From: Gonapodya sp. JEL0774
Taxonomy: Eukaryota
Direction of reading: 5' to 3'
Assembly: GCA_027604505.1 (NCBI GenBank)
Contig: JADIIX010000044.1
Coordinates: forward strand, 62,001-126,000
DNA length: 64,000 nt
Part shown: piece after piece, positions 1 through 14,200 of the stretch
Layout of the letters: each line of letters begins with the position of its first letter
How positions within the stretch are numbered: position 1 is the first letter of the stretch
The notes under the pieces: model-generated
The model's input: the letters and a program-made list of their open reading frames with translations, nothing else
Database searches by the model: none
What the model was told of the DNA's origin: nothing
Translations under genes and position numbers: made by a program

Positions 1-2867
1 ATGACCGGGGCTCATTGTTTCTTTGCACTTGTAAGTGTTGTGGTTAGTGTGAAAGTCATTGACGTGGTGTCCCAATGGTTGTTCCGCCCAGTCCGTAAGC
101 GGGTTTTTGTGATGTAGTGTCTTCTCACCACCCATTAAAAATGGTCTCAGATAACGAAGATGACCTGCTGCAGAAGCAGGAGCAATGGATCTTCCAACAG
201 GTGCGCTGACTCCTCCAGGCTCCACCGTCTTTTGAAATTCAAACCACATCTGTATAACCAGATTCTTGACCTTATTCCTGTGTGGTGGGTTGGGTTGATG
301 ATTGCTGAAGATCAAACATGCAAACAAAAAAGTACGTACTGCATACAGGATCTTTTGGAGTGACATGGAGGGAAACATAGTCTACACCTACGACAACATT
401 TACTTCCGGACACTGAGTGAGTCGCTGGTCTACTATCCTTCTCTCGAACGTTTAGGAGAACTCTTTCAAATGAATCAAGGCGGGGTCTGTCCTAAGGATG
501 TCCATGGGTGCGCTTCGGTTTCCTTCTCTTGTCAGTTCCACTTAGACAAACAATTTCCCTCGTTGCGTTCCCTCGTTGAAAACGGAATTGAAGTCGCGGT
601 TGGGCGCGTTACTCGTCTGGGGATCCCGCTGCCATTGTACACGAAGCCATCAACATTGGTGTGGTGGACAGTCTATGGACTCAAACAAACGGAAAGGTTA
701 GTCGTCGCTCTTACAAAAAGCGGAAGGAATCCATTCTGAATCTCAAACGTTGCTTATTGTTTAGGTGTCATATATTCGATCTAAAAGTGTGACTGTAGTG
801 AACAATATCACGGAGAAACCTTTCCGATATGGTTATACAGTGCGTTTATATATTTTGGGAGCTACCAATACTGTCTTTAATCTTTTGAACTGCACAGGTT
901 GATCGGGGAATTGAACAAGAACTTCTAGTAAAAAATGTGGAGCTCAAAGAAGCCCTGGAACGCGCGGAAGCGGCCTCGCATACTAAGGATTTACTGCTCG
1001 CGAATGTCAGCCACGAGCTCCGAACGCCACTGTGTTTATTTTTTTTTTTTGCAGAGTTGACTTTTTACTTTCGTCTAAGTTTCTTCTTGTATTTACTACC
1101 CGCTTCCAGGAACGGCCTTCTCGGAATGGCGGCATTGCTTAGAAACTCTGCCAATCTGACTAATGAACAGATGGAGTTTGTCGATGCTATTTGGGAAAGT
1201 GGATCTGGATTGCAGAAAGTTATTGAGGGTCAGTCACCGACATCAAACTCTCTCAGTATTTCAGCGCTTCATACAACATTTTGGACGAAACAGATCTTCT
1301 GCAGTACTCCAGATTGGAACTTGGCAAGATTACGCTAGAATCAACCCCTTATAGTATCCAATCTGTGTGCGATTCCGTTGTATCCACTCTAAGGGGTGCT
1401 GTCGTGGAAAAGCCTGCAGTCGCTTTTACTCTGGAGATTGATTCAAGAGTACCGAGTATTGTATTGGGGGACTCCGGTCGCCTTCGACAAGTCCTTCTGA
1501 ATTTGGTGAGTTTCTTTTCGTTGTCGAAGTCACGCTAGATTCGATCCAAAAGAAATTTGCCTGAAGGTGGGCAATGCGTTGAAATTTACAGATGAGGGGA
1601 GCGTCAGACTGTTTGTCAGACGATCTGATCCTGGAGATAGCGATGCAGTTCAAATAGATGGCGCCATTCTCTTCGAGATCTCGGATACGGGTATTGGGAT
1701 TCCATCTCCAATGCTGAATCGTCTTTTTAAGCCGTTCTCGCAGGTGTGTGTCGGACCAACACAGCCCTTTTCAATTGTTCTTCGGAGACCATCTAAATCT
1801 TCACATCATCAGGTAGATCCTTCAACAAAGTACGTGTTGGCTTGGAGTTACGGTTGAGTATATACAGTAACTTTCTGTACAAAAGTCGAAAATACGGTGG
1901 AACAGGCCTTGGTTTGTCGATTGCAAAAGAGCTTGTCGAGGTTCGTCGATCGCGAGTCCTGTTTCGAGGTTCAAATAATTGTTAACCTCAGGCTTAGATG
2001 ATGGGAGGACGCATTTGGGTTTCGAGCTCTCCCTCTCCACCAAATCGCGGGAGCGTTTTCCGTTTCTTTATCAAAGCTGATCCCCCCGTACTTGACGTCG
2101 AGCAGCTGAAAATTGACCATCCTCGCCCTGTTCGCCCAGTGTTTCTGAAAAGAGGGTCATTTGAACTGCCCCCTGGTTCACCGTTGCGTACGCATAAGCC
2201 GCGAATTTTGTTGGCAGGTTAGAATTCGTTGGTCAGTGAACTGGGACTGGTGGTCAATATCTCATCACTCGGAGTGATTTTAGAGGACAACCCGATCAAT
2301 CAAAAGGTGGTGGTGAAATTTCTGTCCAAGGTCCTTCTCGTGCCAGAAACTGCAGTAAACGGCCGTGAAGCGACGGAAAAAGCGCTTCGTGCTTTCGAAG
2401 AAGGTGATCCGTGAGTGAAAGCGACCTCGCGCCTCCTCATTCGCGAATCTCCGATCCCACCCGTTTCAAAGATTTGACATAGTTTTGATGGATATTATGA
2501 TGCCTATCATGAGTGGCATCGAAGGTGAGAATCTGATATGCCATCACCACTGAAGTTCGCTTGGGGATCTAAAATGCACCCTGATACAGCTGCACAAGCC
2601 ATACGATCTTTCCCACCGGGATTTCCGCAACCTTTGATAATCGCTCTCACCGCAAATACTACTGAGCGCGATGTGCAAACGTATCGGGAAATCATGGAGG
2701 GCTTCATCTCAAAGCCAATCCAGTACAATACATTTATCACGGTGTTGGAAGACGTCTTGAGAAACCGTTCAGTGAGGACTAAGGAAAAAGGACATTTATC
2801 GCGGGGGGATTCAAAGTTTTCTGGTGGGACCTTGGGGAATTCGGAACGCAATGGAAACCATCAGTGA
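1..2867 (+). CDS. Hybrid sensor histidine kinase (probable PAS input - HisKA - HATPase_c - receiver), multi-exon; 5' end uncertain or outside the window
   Basis: H-box LLANVSHELRTPL (~990-1030); N-box GDSGRLRQVLLNLVGNALKFT; G1 ISDTGIGI; F-box LFKPFSQ; G2 RKYGGTGLGLSI; receiver EDNPIN...FDIVLMDIMMP...IIALTAN...FISKPI, joined across GT-AG introns. Confidence 0.93.
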
Positions 2868-3179
2868 TTCAAGTTTTGCCACGTGATATCAATTTCTGTA
2901 TTTGTTTCGACTTACTCACTTGTGCTTATTATAGAGGCTCTGCCCGCGAAATTGATGCAGAATGTAACTCCGTTTTGAGACAATTATAGTATCGAGAAGT
3001 GACATTGCAAATACGAAGTATGACAATTTTACGCAACAGGCGGTTGGAGTTCCCAAATGTCGCAGATATGCACTGGGTCATCCCGTCCGACCTGAGAACA
3101 CTGATGTCTGCCAAACCAGACTAGCCCAAGGCCTGCAAGTGCCAACAGCGTCGGCAACTGCCACGAACAACAAGTGCAC

Positions 3180-4460
3180 ATGTCTGAGTCTCTCCCCACT
3201 CATCCCACTCCGGATCTTATTGCCGTCCTCGTACCCACACACGAGTTCCGTCCCATCATCCTCCATGTCTCTATCCCTGCAACTGATCTCGATCTCCTCA
3301 ACCAAGCAACAGAAGCAGCCGAAAGATCCCGCACGCCCTCATGCACTCTCCCGTTTCGCTCGCCTGATAACCCTCCTGCGGCCCCCCCTGCGCACCTTCA
3401 GTTGAATGCTCTTCATGCTCCCATTTGCATCCCCCGAATCCTCGCTCCACTGTTTCTCGACGGCTCTTACCCATCGCATCGCCTCTCTGCCTTCAACCCG
3501 GTTCTCTCCCTGTATGTTTCCTCAATCGTCGCTGGTGTGTGGCATCCAGGATCCGATTCCCAGATGGATGTCGATAGCCAGGCTCTGTCGACTGGCTATG
3601 TCCCGACAAAATCCTCCGGTTATACTCAGGTCGCCAGTATGGTCCGACTTATGAGCATGCAATTGTGGTGCTACGCGGTTCCCCTTACGACCTCTTGGGA
3701 ATGTGTGGTGAGATGGGCGGTTGAGGGGCTTGCGAGCAAGCCGGGGGAAGAGGCACAAGAAAGTTTGGTAGTTGAAGTTGGGGCGGGCAAAGGCTACTGG
3801 GCACGTGGCATCGAGAGAACTGCCCGAGGTTTGGGGAGAATGGTCAAGGTGGTGTGCTTCGACAAGGTAGGAACTGACCCTCTGGACGAGATGCGCTGGG
3901 TTGGCGACATCTTGCCAGGTGATGTGGAGCATGTGATAGAGGACGATTCGGAGCACGAGGAGAGCGATGAGGACGAGGATTTAAACGCCAACAGTGATAT
4001 CCCCGACTCTTCACTTACCTGCTTCCACCCCGTCCACCGTGGTGGTCCACTTACGGCTACGCGGTTCGCATTTCCAACGGTATCACCCCCCCGTCTCTCC
4101 GGCAACTCGCACCACATGGCCCCCCTCCTCCTCTTGTGCTGGCCCCCTCTGGGCTCGAGCATGGCCCTGCGCGCGCTAAACGCGTGGATGTTGGGAGCAC
4201 GTGAGCGGGAGAATGGGGTTGTAAATGGAACTGGACTCGGTAAAGTGGTAAGGGTAGCGGTTGTGGCGCCGGACGTGGAATTGGGAGCGCAAACGAGCGG
4301 TAGCGCAGGGACCAACCTGAACCACCCCATAACCGCTACGCCTGACTTCTGGACCACACTAAGGACCACGTGGACGTGTGTGGAAGTTGTGAAGGGTGTG
4401 GGGTGGTACGGGACAGGGGGGAGGGATGCAGTAGGGTTGTGGGAGAAAGTTGTGGCATGA
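3180..4460 (+). CDS. Intronless class I SAM-dependent methyltransferase-like protein
   Basis: Continuous 426-codon ORF with glycine motif VVEVGAGKGYWA, VVCFD and LLLLCWPP. Confidence 0.65.
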   Translation: MSESLPTHPTPDLIAVLVPTHEFRPIILHVSIPATDLDLLNQATEAAERSRTPSCTLPFRSPDNPPAAPPAHLQLNALHAPICIPRILAPLFLDGSYPSHRLSAFNPVLSLYVSSIVAGVWHPGSDSQMDVDSQALSTGYVPTKSSGYTQVASMVRLMSMQLWCYAVPLTTSWECVVRWAVEGLASKPGEEAQESLVVEVGAGKGYWARGIERTARGLGRMVKVVCFDKVGTDPLDEMRWVGDILPGDVEHVIEDDSEHEESDEDEDLNANSDIPDSSLTCFHPVHRGGPLTATRFAFPTVSPPRLSGNSHHMAPLLLLCWPPLGSSMALRALNAWMLGARERENGVVNGTGLGKVVRVAVVAPDVELGAQTSGSAGTNLNHPITATPDFWTTLRTTWTCVEVVKGVGWYGTGGRDAVGLWEKVVA

Positions 4461-5736
4461 GCTTTGGTGGTAGTTGGTCCCCGCGCTATGATGGAAACTT
4501 AGTCGCTCATTTCTTCATCTGGGTGAGTTCAGCAGGCGGACACTGGCACTTCACTGGATATTGCTATCAACTTTTGCTGACTCGGTAGTGCAATCACACA
4601 TAGACCAACCCGTTATGTCTTAATATGAAATGAATAAAGTTTCAATGGGGAAAAAGGCGGGGATTCAGATCCAACAGACCATGACTTATTGAAGGAGATA
4701 CGTATCACCAGTAGAGTTATACAGAGAGCTTAATTGAAAGTAAGCTAGAGCGGTCAATTCATACGTGAACTAGCCCATTGAGCACTTCATGAGGTTTGAC
4801 ACTGAGTGGCGTGAGATGCCAAATCGTCATTGGCCGGAAAGAGAGACAGACCATTCGTGTTCCGCTTTCTTCCACCGCCCGATATTTGCTTTAGTGTATT
4901 CTCAAGAGCAATGGCGAGGCACTCCTTTCGCCACGTGGAAATTTTTAGTGTCCCAAAGGAATCTGTTGCTCATCTAACCGAAACTCTAGGCGATTCCCTC
5001 TCAGCTGATTCGCTCGAAGTGAGCTAGCATATCAGCTTGCAAAAGGGCGAGTTCGCGGACAACTGTATCGTGCCTGTATGGGTGTTCGAGGAAAAGAACT
5101 TTTCGGCAAAAAGGGTTGAAGCGGCGCAGCTCAGGCCCCAGTTCTCACACAAGGAGGCGGTGAAGGAACGAGAGCACTTCCACAGGCGGGACACGGAAAG
5201 GCGAAGAGGACGACAGAAGAGAATCGGAGATATAACGAAAAACCGAAGCGTAGAGGTTGTTGATGAGGGATTAGGTGAGCTGCGGAGAGGAGCGGGTGGA
5301 TGTGGGACAGGGACGGAGTGGAAGGAGGCGAGGCCGGGAGGATAGGAATAAGACGCGATGGAGAGCGGCAGAGTTTGTTTTGAATAGCTGTGATGGGGTA
5401 CGTGAGGGGAGGATTGACAGCAGGCGGGGTCGAGGTGGGACCTTCTGAAGGGTGATGTCGTGAAGCGACACCGAGAGTCGGAGCCGCGAAGAAATGCGGA
5501 CATGAAGCTGCACAGATACTAAGCTGGCGTTTTGATGCAGTGCGAGGGGGGCGAAACTGCCGTCACGGGCCTGGACATCTTGTGTTCGGACGGGGATCAA
5601 TGTGGACCCGGAGTTCGACAATGCCAACACGTTCCGCCACCGCTCCTCGACAACTCAATTCTTTTCTTTTGCAAGGTCTCCTGCCTCCTTCTCTTTCTCC
5701 CGACATCCACCCCTGTCACACCCCTCCTCCCCTGCA

Positions 5737-8700
5737 ATGCCTGACTCCCTCTCCCTTTCCGCCCTCTTCACAGACGGCTCGCGCCTCCACGCCCAGGGTA
5801 AACCTGCGCTCGCGTTTAAGGCATATTCAGACGCTCTGCTCTCCATCGCTGCTCAACTCGCTGCCGTTGATACCAATGCTCATCTGTGCACGGCTGGTAC
5901 AGCCTCAGTCTCCACGTCCTCCACATTCTCCACCACCGTTCCAGACCTCATCGCTTCCGCTCGACTAGCACTCGACCTTGCAGAACGAGAGTGGGACGCA
6001 GCATCGTCTTCCTCATCGACGTCCTTGTCAGGAAGTAGTGTAGTCGGATCTGTTGGGTGAGTATGGATTTGGCCAAGGTTGCGGCCCGTCCAGGCCATGC
6101 GACCGCAATTGGAAGTGTGGAGATATAGAGTGGAGCATGGTCCTGGAACAAAAGCGCAGTCGCTCGAGATGAGCTCTTCCGCTAGAGGGGAACGGAAGCA
6201 TGGGACGATTATATCAGTGCGCTCCACCCGCAGGTTGCAGAGGGGTCTCACGCGAGCGAAAAAGTGTCTTCTTTACCCAGCTCCACGGAAACACATTTTA
6301 CGTAGCAACGGAATCGCCATTGAAGAAGACTGGAATATTTGCCGTGGGACGCATTTGCTTATTAGTTCCCCATCTTGTCTCCCCTCGTTGGTCTTATCAA
6401 TTCCCGTCCCCTCGCCCTTTCTTTTGGTGCAACATTTCCTCGTCCTTACCGCCTCAGCACCACCCACTCATGGGAGCGTGACCGACCTCGTATCAGCTCT
6501 TCCACCTCCTCTTCCTCGCCCTCGGATCCTTCCACTTCCCTGCCCTCTCGGTCCTCCGCCTTGCCCGCCGATCGCTCTCTATCTCGCTCAACTGCTACTC
6601 CATCTCCGACTCCCTCTTCCTCATCCTCTATCACCGTCACTGGATCCTCATCCCTTATATCCCACACAGTCCCCAATCCTTCCTTGTCGACTCCTGCAAT
6701 ACCGTACCGCCCTGTCTCCTCCTCTTCCTCATCTCCTTCTTCGCGCCCCGTATCTTCGTACATGTCCACCGCCAATGTTGCCACCGCATCTCCATCCACG
6801 TCTTCCGCCTCTGCCTCCACATTCTCCGACCGGGACCGTGCACCCTTATCCTTCCCATCCCGCGCTTCCACTTCCCCATTCCTTCCATCATCCTCCTCAT
6901 CCTCTGCAGTCACACAGTCTACCTCCCTCAAAGCACCTCCTCCCAAACCTCCCAAACCCCGAGGATTGGACGGTGAGTTTGCTTCTCGCCTGATGCTTTT
7001 TATTGTTGTGTCTGAAGCGAGAGCGATGGTTTCCTTCCGAGCAATGCCGGGACCATGAAATGCCATATCGTGTATTGAATCAGTCCCACTTTTACCACCG
7101 CATCTGTCCATCCTCACCGTTTAGTCGTCCCCACATCCACACCCTCGTCCTCCCCTGACCTCCAAGCACCCATATCGTCGTCGGCTTTGTCCCGCCGGGC
7201 TTCAACCACACAGTCGTTATCTTCATCAGGGTCTAATACTCCATCACGTAAGTCTGATAGATGACAAGGTTCACTTCCTATATCTCCATCCAGAGCTCAA
7301 CATTCTCCCCGCCGTGTCTTACCTCCGTCCTTTTAACCCCTCCTCACCCTGCCGACTTTCCCCTTGTCTTTCCCTTTGGCTTTACTTCGTCCATGCTGCC
7401 TCAGCCAACCCAACCAACCCTTTCTCCACCCCTGCCGACTCATCACCCCCGTCACCGTCGTCTGCGTCACCACAACTACCATCCTCAACTCTCCGTAGAT
7501 CAGCCACCGTGGCGAGTGCTGCAACGGCCTCCGCAGCACACTCAACCTCAATGAAGCCATGGTCAAACCCACAATCCACAGTCCCCTCTGTCCCCGCCAT
7601 TCCCGCCCGCCCGCAACTCCTTCCCTCCACTAAACCCTCTCAATCCTCCATTGGACTGGGGCTCTCCCACGCCCCGCCACCTCCTCCACGTCCCGTGTCC
7701 ATCTCCATCGCATCTGCTCCTGCGTCGGCATCCATGTCTACCGTCCCGACAAGCCCGCAGGATTTTGATGGAGTGGGGGACGGGGACGGGGAGGGTGGCG
7801 GGGAAGAGCCACATCCGGACCGAAGAGCTTTCACCAAACTGCTCGCTATTTCTCTTGCCAACAACGCCAAGAACCCCACGCACGGTACGAAACCATTAAT
7901 AAAACGCCCCACCGCCGGGTCGCCCTCCGTGTCTTCCTCTGTTTCGCCGATCCCGTCTCCCACCCCTCCACGCCGCTCCCTTGACGGACCCTCGCCCATC
8001 GTTCCCCCACGCAGATCTCTCTCGGCGGACCGCCGCGCGCCAACACCTCCCCCGCCCCGTCCATCGAGCGCTGCGAGTCTCGATGGATCGGTTGTCGGAG
8101 TGGAAGACCACGTACATGTAGGGTCGGGCCTGGCCAGAGTGAGGAGCGTATCGGCCGGTACGGGGTATCGGGGTGGAGGAACGGGTGGCGGGAATGGAGG
8201 AGGGGCGGTCATACCTGTGCCAAGGGAGAGGGGCACGGTGAAACCAAAGGTGCCACCGAGTCCGTTGCTGAGGTTTCATGGTGATTTGCAGAGGCAGATC
8301 GATGTGGTTGCCGCAGAGATCAGGGCGGTGGACTTTGGTGCCGGCACAGGCGGGGTGGATGGAGTGGGGGATGCGGTTGATGAAGAAGCAACCGCTTCTT
8401 CGAATGCGAGACTCAAAGCACTTAAAGAAGCTCATGCAGCGATCCAAATGGGGCAAGGACGGGTCATCGCGTTGATGGACCTCGCTCGACGAACTGGATT
8501 GCTACACCTCAGACCTGCGACGGTTGCGCATGTGCTTGCTGCGATGGAGCAGTACGTGTTCCTTCAGATCACGCCGGAGGACTTGGTACGGCACCGTCCT
8601 CCCCGCAACCCGTGTGAGCGGGTGGTCAAGACCACTGACTGGTTCAATCATGTCGCGAGGGCAGTGGAGTCAACGATTTTGGAACAGCCGTTGGCCGCGA

Positions 8701-10916
8701 TGAGGGCTCGGGTCATACACTGCTGGGCAGATATTGCGACAGAGCTGTTCAAGTTGCGAGACATGCAGACGCTTAAAGCTGTGTGCAGTGCGATGACTAC
8801 ACCCCCAATTGCGAGGTTGAGGGCGACCTGGAGCGTGGTGCCACATAGGAGTATCAAGGCTCTTACGGAATACCGGCAGTTGTTGAGCGAGGAACACAAT
8901 TACTGGGCGTACAGGGAGTGGGCGGGGAGAAACTCCGTCAGGCCCGCTGTGCCCTTCCTAGGCGTCTACATTCAGGACGTGTACTACCTTGTGGCGGTGA
9001 TCAAGAAGGAGTATGGATCGGATGATCCCGACTTGATGCTGCAGGACAAAAGAGTGAGGGAAGTGGTGGAGAGGATCGCTTGGTATCAGCAGGGTCCCCT
9101 GTACAGTCACGTAATGGGAGAGGGCAAGGGACCTACCGTGCATGCCTACGAGATGATGTTTGAGAGGCTGGATAAGGAAGGGAAAGCGCCGTCGAGAAAG
9201 AACGCGGGTGATACGGAGCTGAGCAAGAAGGTAGCAGTGGCTGTGGCGGCTGTGGCCGCCGCAGCTCCCGCGGCGGGCGTATCTGGAGTGAGTGGGGGGG
9301 GTGGTGGGATTGGCGGGGACAGGACTTCCATGTACCAGATGTTGATGCAAGGTGGGGACCGCGACCGAGCGGATGCGGGGGGTGCGAGGGATGTGCTACA
9401 AGCACTTTTGCGAGCGTTGCCTGGATCGACGAGAAAGGGGGGGTCCGGGGGAGTGATGTCGGGAACCGTAGAGGACGGTTTGAAGGATATGGACATGGAT
9501 CAGACCACAGTGTTTGTTGCACACTGGTTTTTGACGAGAGATTGGTATACTGAGACTGAGGTGGACGAGCTTTCTGCACAAAGGGAGCCCAAGATTGCTG
9601 GAGAAGATGACGATGGCGGTTACTCGTCGAGGCCATTGTCAGGGTTAGAGGAATACTCGGAAAGAGGCGAGAGAAGATCATGGATTCTTAAAAAGATGAT
9701 GAGGGATGTGGCCACAAAAAGTTGGAGTGGTGATGGTGATGATGAGGAGGACGGTGCATTGGACGCGGGGAGGACTGGACACTCGATGGTGGACGGACTT
9801 GTGGACGCTCCTATTGATGGGAAGAAAAGCAAGCGGAGGAGTAAAGTTCTTGGAGGGGGCAAAGAGGAACGTCGATCTCTGGGGTTGTTTGGAATTGGCA
9901 ACCGGACCTCCACTACCGCTTCCTCGAGCACAGGCTCTGGCCACCTGGGTGATCAACGCATCTCGTCCGCCTCTGATGGAAGTACCACTCTTGTTGAGTC
10001 TACACGAGACAGTGGCGCTTCGGGGCACTCGTCGGTGTCCACGAGCTCCGGTGTCAGTCCAGCCAGCTCCCGGCCTCCGTCGACCCTCAGTACCCCGAGA
10101 CTTTCTACGGCGTCGAGTTCAGACGATGTTCAGGACAAGTTTTCGGGGAAGAAGGGCAAAGTCGGCACTGATGGGGATGGTATTGGTTTAGCTGCGTCCA
10201 GTAAACCTGGGACCTCAAAACCGTTCGCGTACCTTTCGGCAGACCAACTGGGGACGAGGAAATTGGGTTTAGAACATCGAAGGGCTGCAACTGTTGGCGA
10301 GAGCCCCGCTCTAGATGATGTGCATGGCAGTGCGGGCCATAAGGCGTACAAGATGTCAGGGGTCCGGTTTGCCGATGGTACAGATGGTTTAGCGGGAAGG
10401 GATGCCAGGGAAAGTAGGGAGAGTGCGGACACAGCATCTCCGCTTTCTCCCACGAGAAGTAGCAGTGCCGACTCAGGGCACCGTTCTGGTGCGGTTACGC
10501 CCCCGCTCCCCGCTAGAGCACCACCGATGCCCGCGCGTCCTGTGACATCTAGCAAGCCGGATACTCCCCCGCGGTCGTCGATGTCCTCCTCCGTCTCTCT
10601 TGGGAGCTTGGCCAGTGTTGCGGGCCGTTCGCGATCACCACCTCCGGATCTTCCCTCGCGACGCAATTCAGTTGCGTCACCTCCCGCTCCACGTCTTCCA
10701 CCTCGACCGTCATCGCCAGGTGGTCACCAGGACCAAGTGGCAATTCCGAGCGAACCGCCCTCACAGCGTTCTGTACCTGTCATCAAAGCGCGCGGTCCAA
10801 TATCTGGGGACCCAAATGCTGCTTTGGCGCAGATCCTGGCACAAAAACAGAACGCGGTAGACTCGGCGGACGATTTGGCGTTAAGGCGAAAGAGTACTTT
10901 GAAGAGAGTTGGCTGA
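5737..10916 (+). CDS. RasGEF (CDC25-type catalytic domain) protein with long Ser/Pro-rich disordered regions
   Basis: TDWFNHVARAVESTIL...RARVIHCWADIATELFKLRDMQTLKAVCSAMTTPPIARLRATW...NYWAYR...PAVPFLGVYIQD in the 7314-10916 ORF; upstream exons from the ATG at 5737 are linked by GT-AG introns (6057-6457 etc.). Confidence 0.85.
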
Positions 10917-11202
10917 AATAAGTAACTTGTTCGCTCCAGATCTCTTGGATACCTCTGCGCCGAGGGGGGTGCATCATGATGAGAGCCATAATATGGGCTA
11001 TCTTCGCGATTTCAGGGGAGACTCGATGGCATTGAATGAATACATGGATATACACAGCATTTTATCTAGATAATTTCGTTGATCGCTTCCATTTCATTTT
11101 TTTCAATTTTTTTTTTTTTTTGGAACTTGTACGTAAAGACAACATGCATAGCATTAATAATGTGAATGTCAATCAAGTTATGCTCTGCTCAATCCCATCA
11201 CT

Positions 11203-14200
11203 CTATGAATAGGCAGATAACACCTCCTGACAAAACGCACTCTGATCGATGTCGGAACCATACTTCTCCTTCAGTCCCCGAACCGTTTCAATGACTACGT
11301 CGGCTTCCATTTTGTCCAAATCGGGTACGGATACGAATTCGGCGAGGAAATTTCGAATTATTTGGGTGCCGGAATCAATCTCTGTGCGAGAAGACTTCCA
11401 GGGTCGTGGCGGTTCTTGGTCGTCTAACGTTGAAGCCATTATCACGTATGAGATGTGCTGCACAACGCCCAGTTTGAATGAAACAAATACCTGTCCCCGT
11501 GAACTCTTCGAGCTCCGCTGCTTTCCTTTTGGCGACTTGTACAACTCGTTCCGGAAACTGTGCAAGCTCTGCAACATGAATTCCGAAGCTCTGGTCACAC
11601 GCCCCATCGTGAACTTTATAAAGCAGCGTTATAGTCCCCTCCCCAACGTGGGCCGTGACATGAGAGTTCTTGACTGTGGGTACCTTGTCTGCCAGAACTG
11701 TCAGCTCGTGGAAGTGCGTCGCAAACAGACAATGGCACTTTATAACGGTAGATATGTGCTCCGAGATGGCCCAAGCAAGGCCGAACCCGTCGTAGGTCGA
11801 TGTACCTCGTCCCAGTTCATCTATGACAATAAGTGAGTCCTCAGTCGCCGAACGCAGAATGGCAGCCGTCTCCACCATTTCCATCATGAAAGTGGACACT
11901 CCGCGTAGTTGGCTATCTCCGGATCCAACACGGCAGTACACAGCATCCACAACGGCAACTTCTGGTGCTTCGGAATCGTCGCCACCAGCAGGGACAAAAC
12001 ACCCCATGAGAGCCATGAGAACTGCTATCGCCACTGAACGTATATACGTGGATTTACCACCCATATTTGGCTGTGGACAAAAACCGATACCAATTGGAAT
12101 ACAGGTCCAGCGAGACACTGCATTCACTCGCACCCACCCCTGTGATGATGTGAAAGCTCTTGTGGTCCTTCGCTAATTCCACGTCATTCGGAATGAACGC
12201 AACATCAGTTTGCGTCTCCAGCAGCGGATGCCTCAACCCTGGCAACTTGATTCGCCCTTCCTGACTCCCCTTTGGATGAATTTTGGGGCGCACGTACGGA
12301 ATGGGCGCGTGTGTGGAGGTGTGGGCAAACGCGGAAATAACGTCCATATAGGCGATGGTGTCGTTTAGAGATTCGAGGATTGGGAAATACCCAGCTGGGA
12401 GTGAGTACAATAACAAGTTATGTGCTCAGTTCCCAAGGAAGATATGATCGGCTTTTCGCACCTGCGACCTCCACTATCTGTTTCTCGATATCTCGCTGCT
12501 TCTCCCTATACTCTTGCTCCGCGTCCCCATACCGTCTGTCCAATTCCCTGAGTTTCAGAGTGGTGAAGAGCACCCCCGCTTTTTGGGTGGCCAGTTCAAT
12601 ATACTCCTTTTTATTTCGGATCGCGGAGGCATCCTGCACGACCAACACACCGAGAAGTGAGATTAATTCATGATCAAAGCCAACCACAGAGACTCAACCC
12701 ACCTTCGTTGTCACCCTCAGATGGTGGCCGTGAGGGTCACGGTTTTCAAACTTGAGCTTCTTGTCATACTCAAAGCCCAACTCCCGGGCCACACGTTTAG
12801 CCTCTGGAATCATGCCACTTTGTGCTTCGTCCATGCGCTCCTTGAGTTCTGAGTGGTAGCGGTCGATGCAATCGTTGGACATTTCCTGGGCACAGCCGAT
12901 CTCGGAATCTCACAGAGCCAAACGCACCTCCAAGCCCCTCGTCGTAATCTGCCTTCACAAAAAACTCGTGTCCCTTAAAATCCAATTCCACCGTCGACTC
13001 CACCAATTCTTTGAACTTTTCGAGTTCCTCGTCGCATTTTTTTACCTTGTCTACCCATTCAACACCAACCAACCCTGCGTGCTCTCCCTCGTAACTCTCG
13101 AGCAAATCAATCAGAGCTTGGTTTTGCGTGACACACTGGTAGATGCGAACGACATCTTGGAGCGTGGCTTTGCCGCGCTGGAACTTCTTGCCAAGACGGA
13201 TCAAATCGGGCACTGTTTTGAGGTGTGCTTGGAGGGTCGGTAGGAGTGAGGGAGTGTCGGAGAGTACGGTGACAAGGTTGTGCCGTTGCTCTAGAGACGG
13301 AATAGGGGGATACACCAAGGAACGAGGTTACCGAGTGTGAGGGATATGTTCAGGTTTCGGAGCTTGAATGCACAACCCACCGATTAATACCACGTCCATC
13401 AAAGGCTGCCTGATCCACTGATTCAGCAAACGAACTCCTTGTGCAGTCTTGCAGTGATTTAATAGTGAAAATACTGACGAGGACTTAGCCGCTAAAACCA
13501 TCAAACGCCATAATCGGACACAGTACACACAAGCCATACAACTTGTGACTCACATTCCCCTGCACCACCACTCTGGGCTCCCAAATCCAAACTTCTCACC
13601 GCGGCACTGTCAAGCCTCACGTACTGGTCCAAATCATGCCGTCCCAGGACGTATTGTCCCATATTCGAGTCGTCCGATAGCAGATCCAGGTATTTTATGA
13701 GCAGGGAAAGCGACGGAAGCGCGGCTGTGAGTGTGAGCTCGGCTGATGGGAGATTGAGTCGGGAGAATTGAGACGGTCAAAAGCAAAGGAGACTCAAGTG
13801 ACTTACGAAAACTCACCTCTCCCACCCAAATTCTCGTCCACGAGTCTTGCCAAATCGCTCTCTACGCCTGTATCTTTCCACTCCGCCCGCTTCTTCATGG
13901 TTACCACAACACCACATCTTTCGGCAACGGCGACGAGCTTGTTGTTTTCGGTTTGCTCGGCGGCATTGTTAGGTGATGGGGTGGCGAGGAGGATTTCTTT
14001 GGCGGAGGTTTGTAGGAGATAGGACTGGAGAAGCACAATGTGAGAAAATTGGGTACAAGAGACAAGTGGGGAGGAGTTCGGTAATTGGCGCACCTCAACG
14101 TTGCAGAACAGGTCGTTGTCTAAGAACTCAGATACGGCGAGGCGACGAGTGGAGGCGTCAGCAAGGGCAGCACCAATAAGCTGGGCAACGGGCGTTGTTG

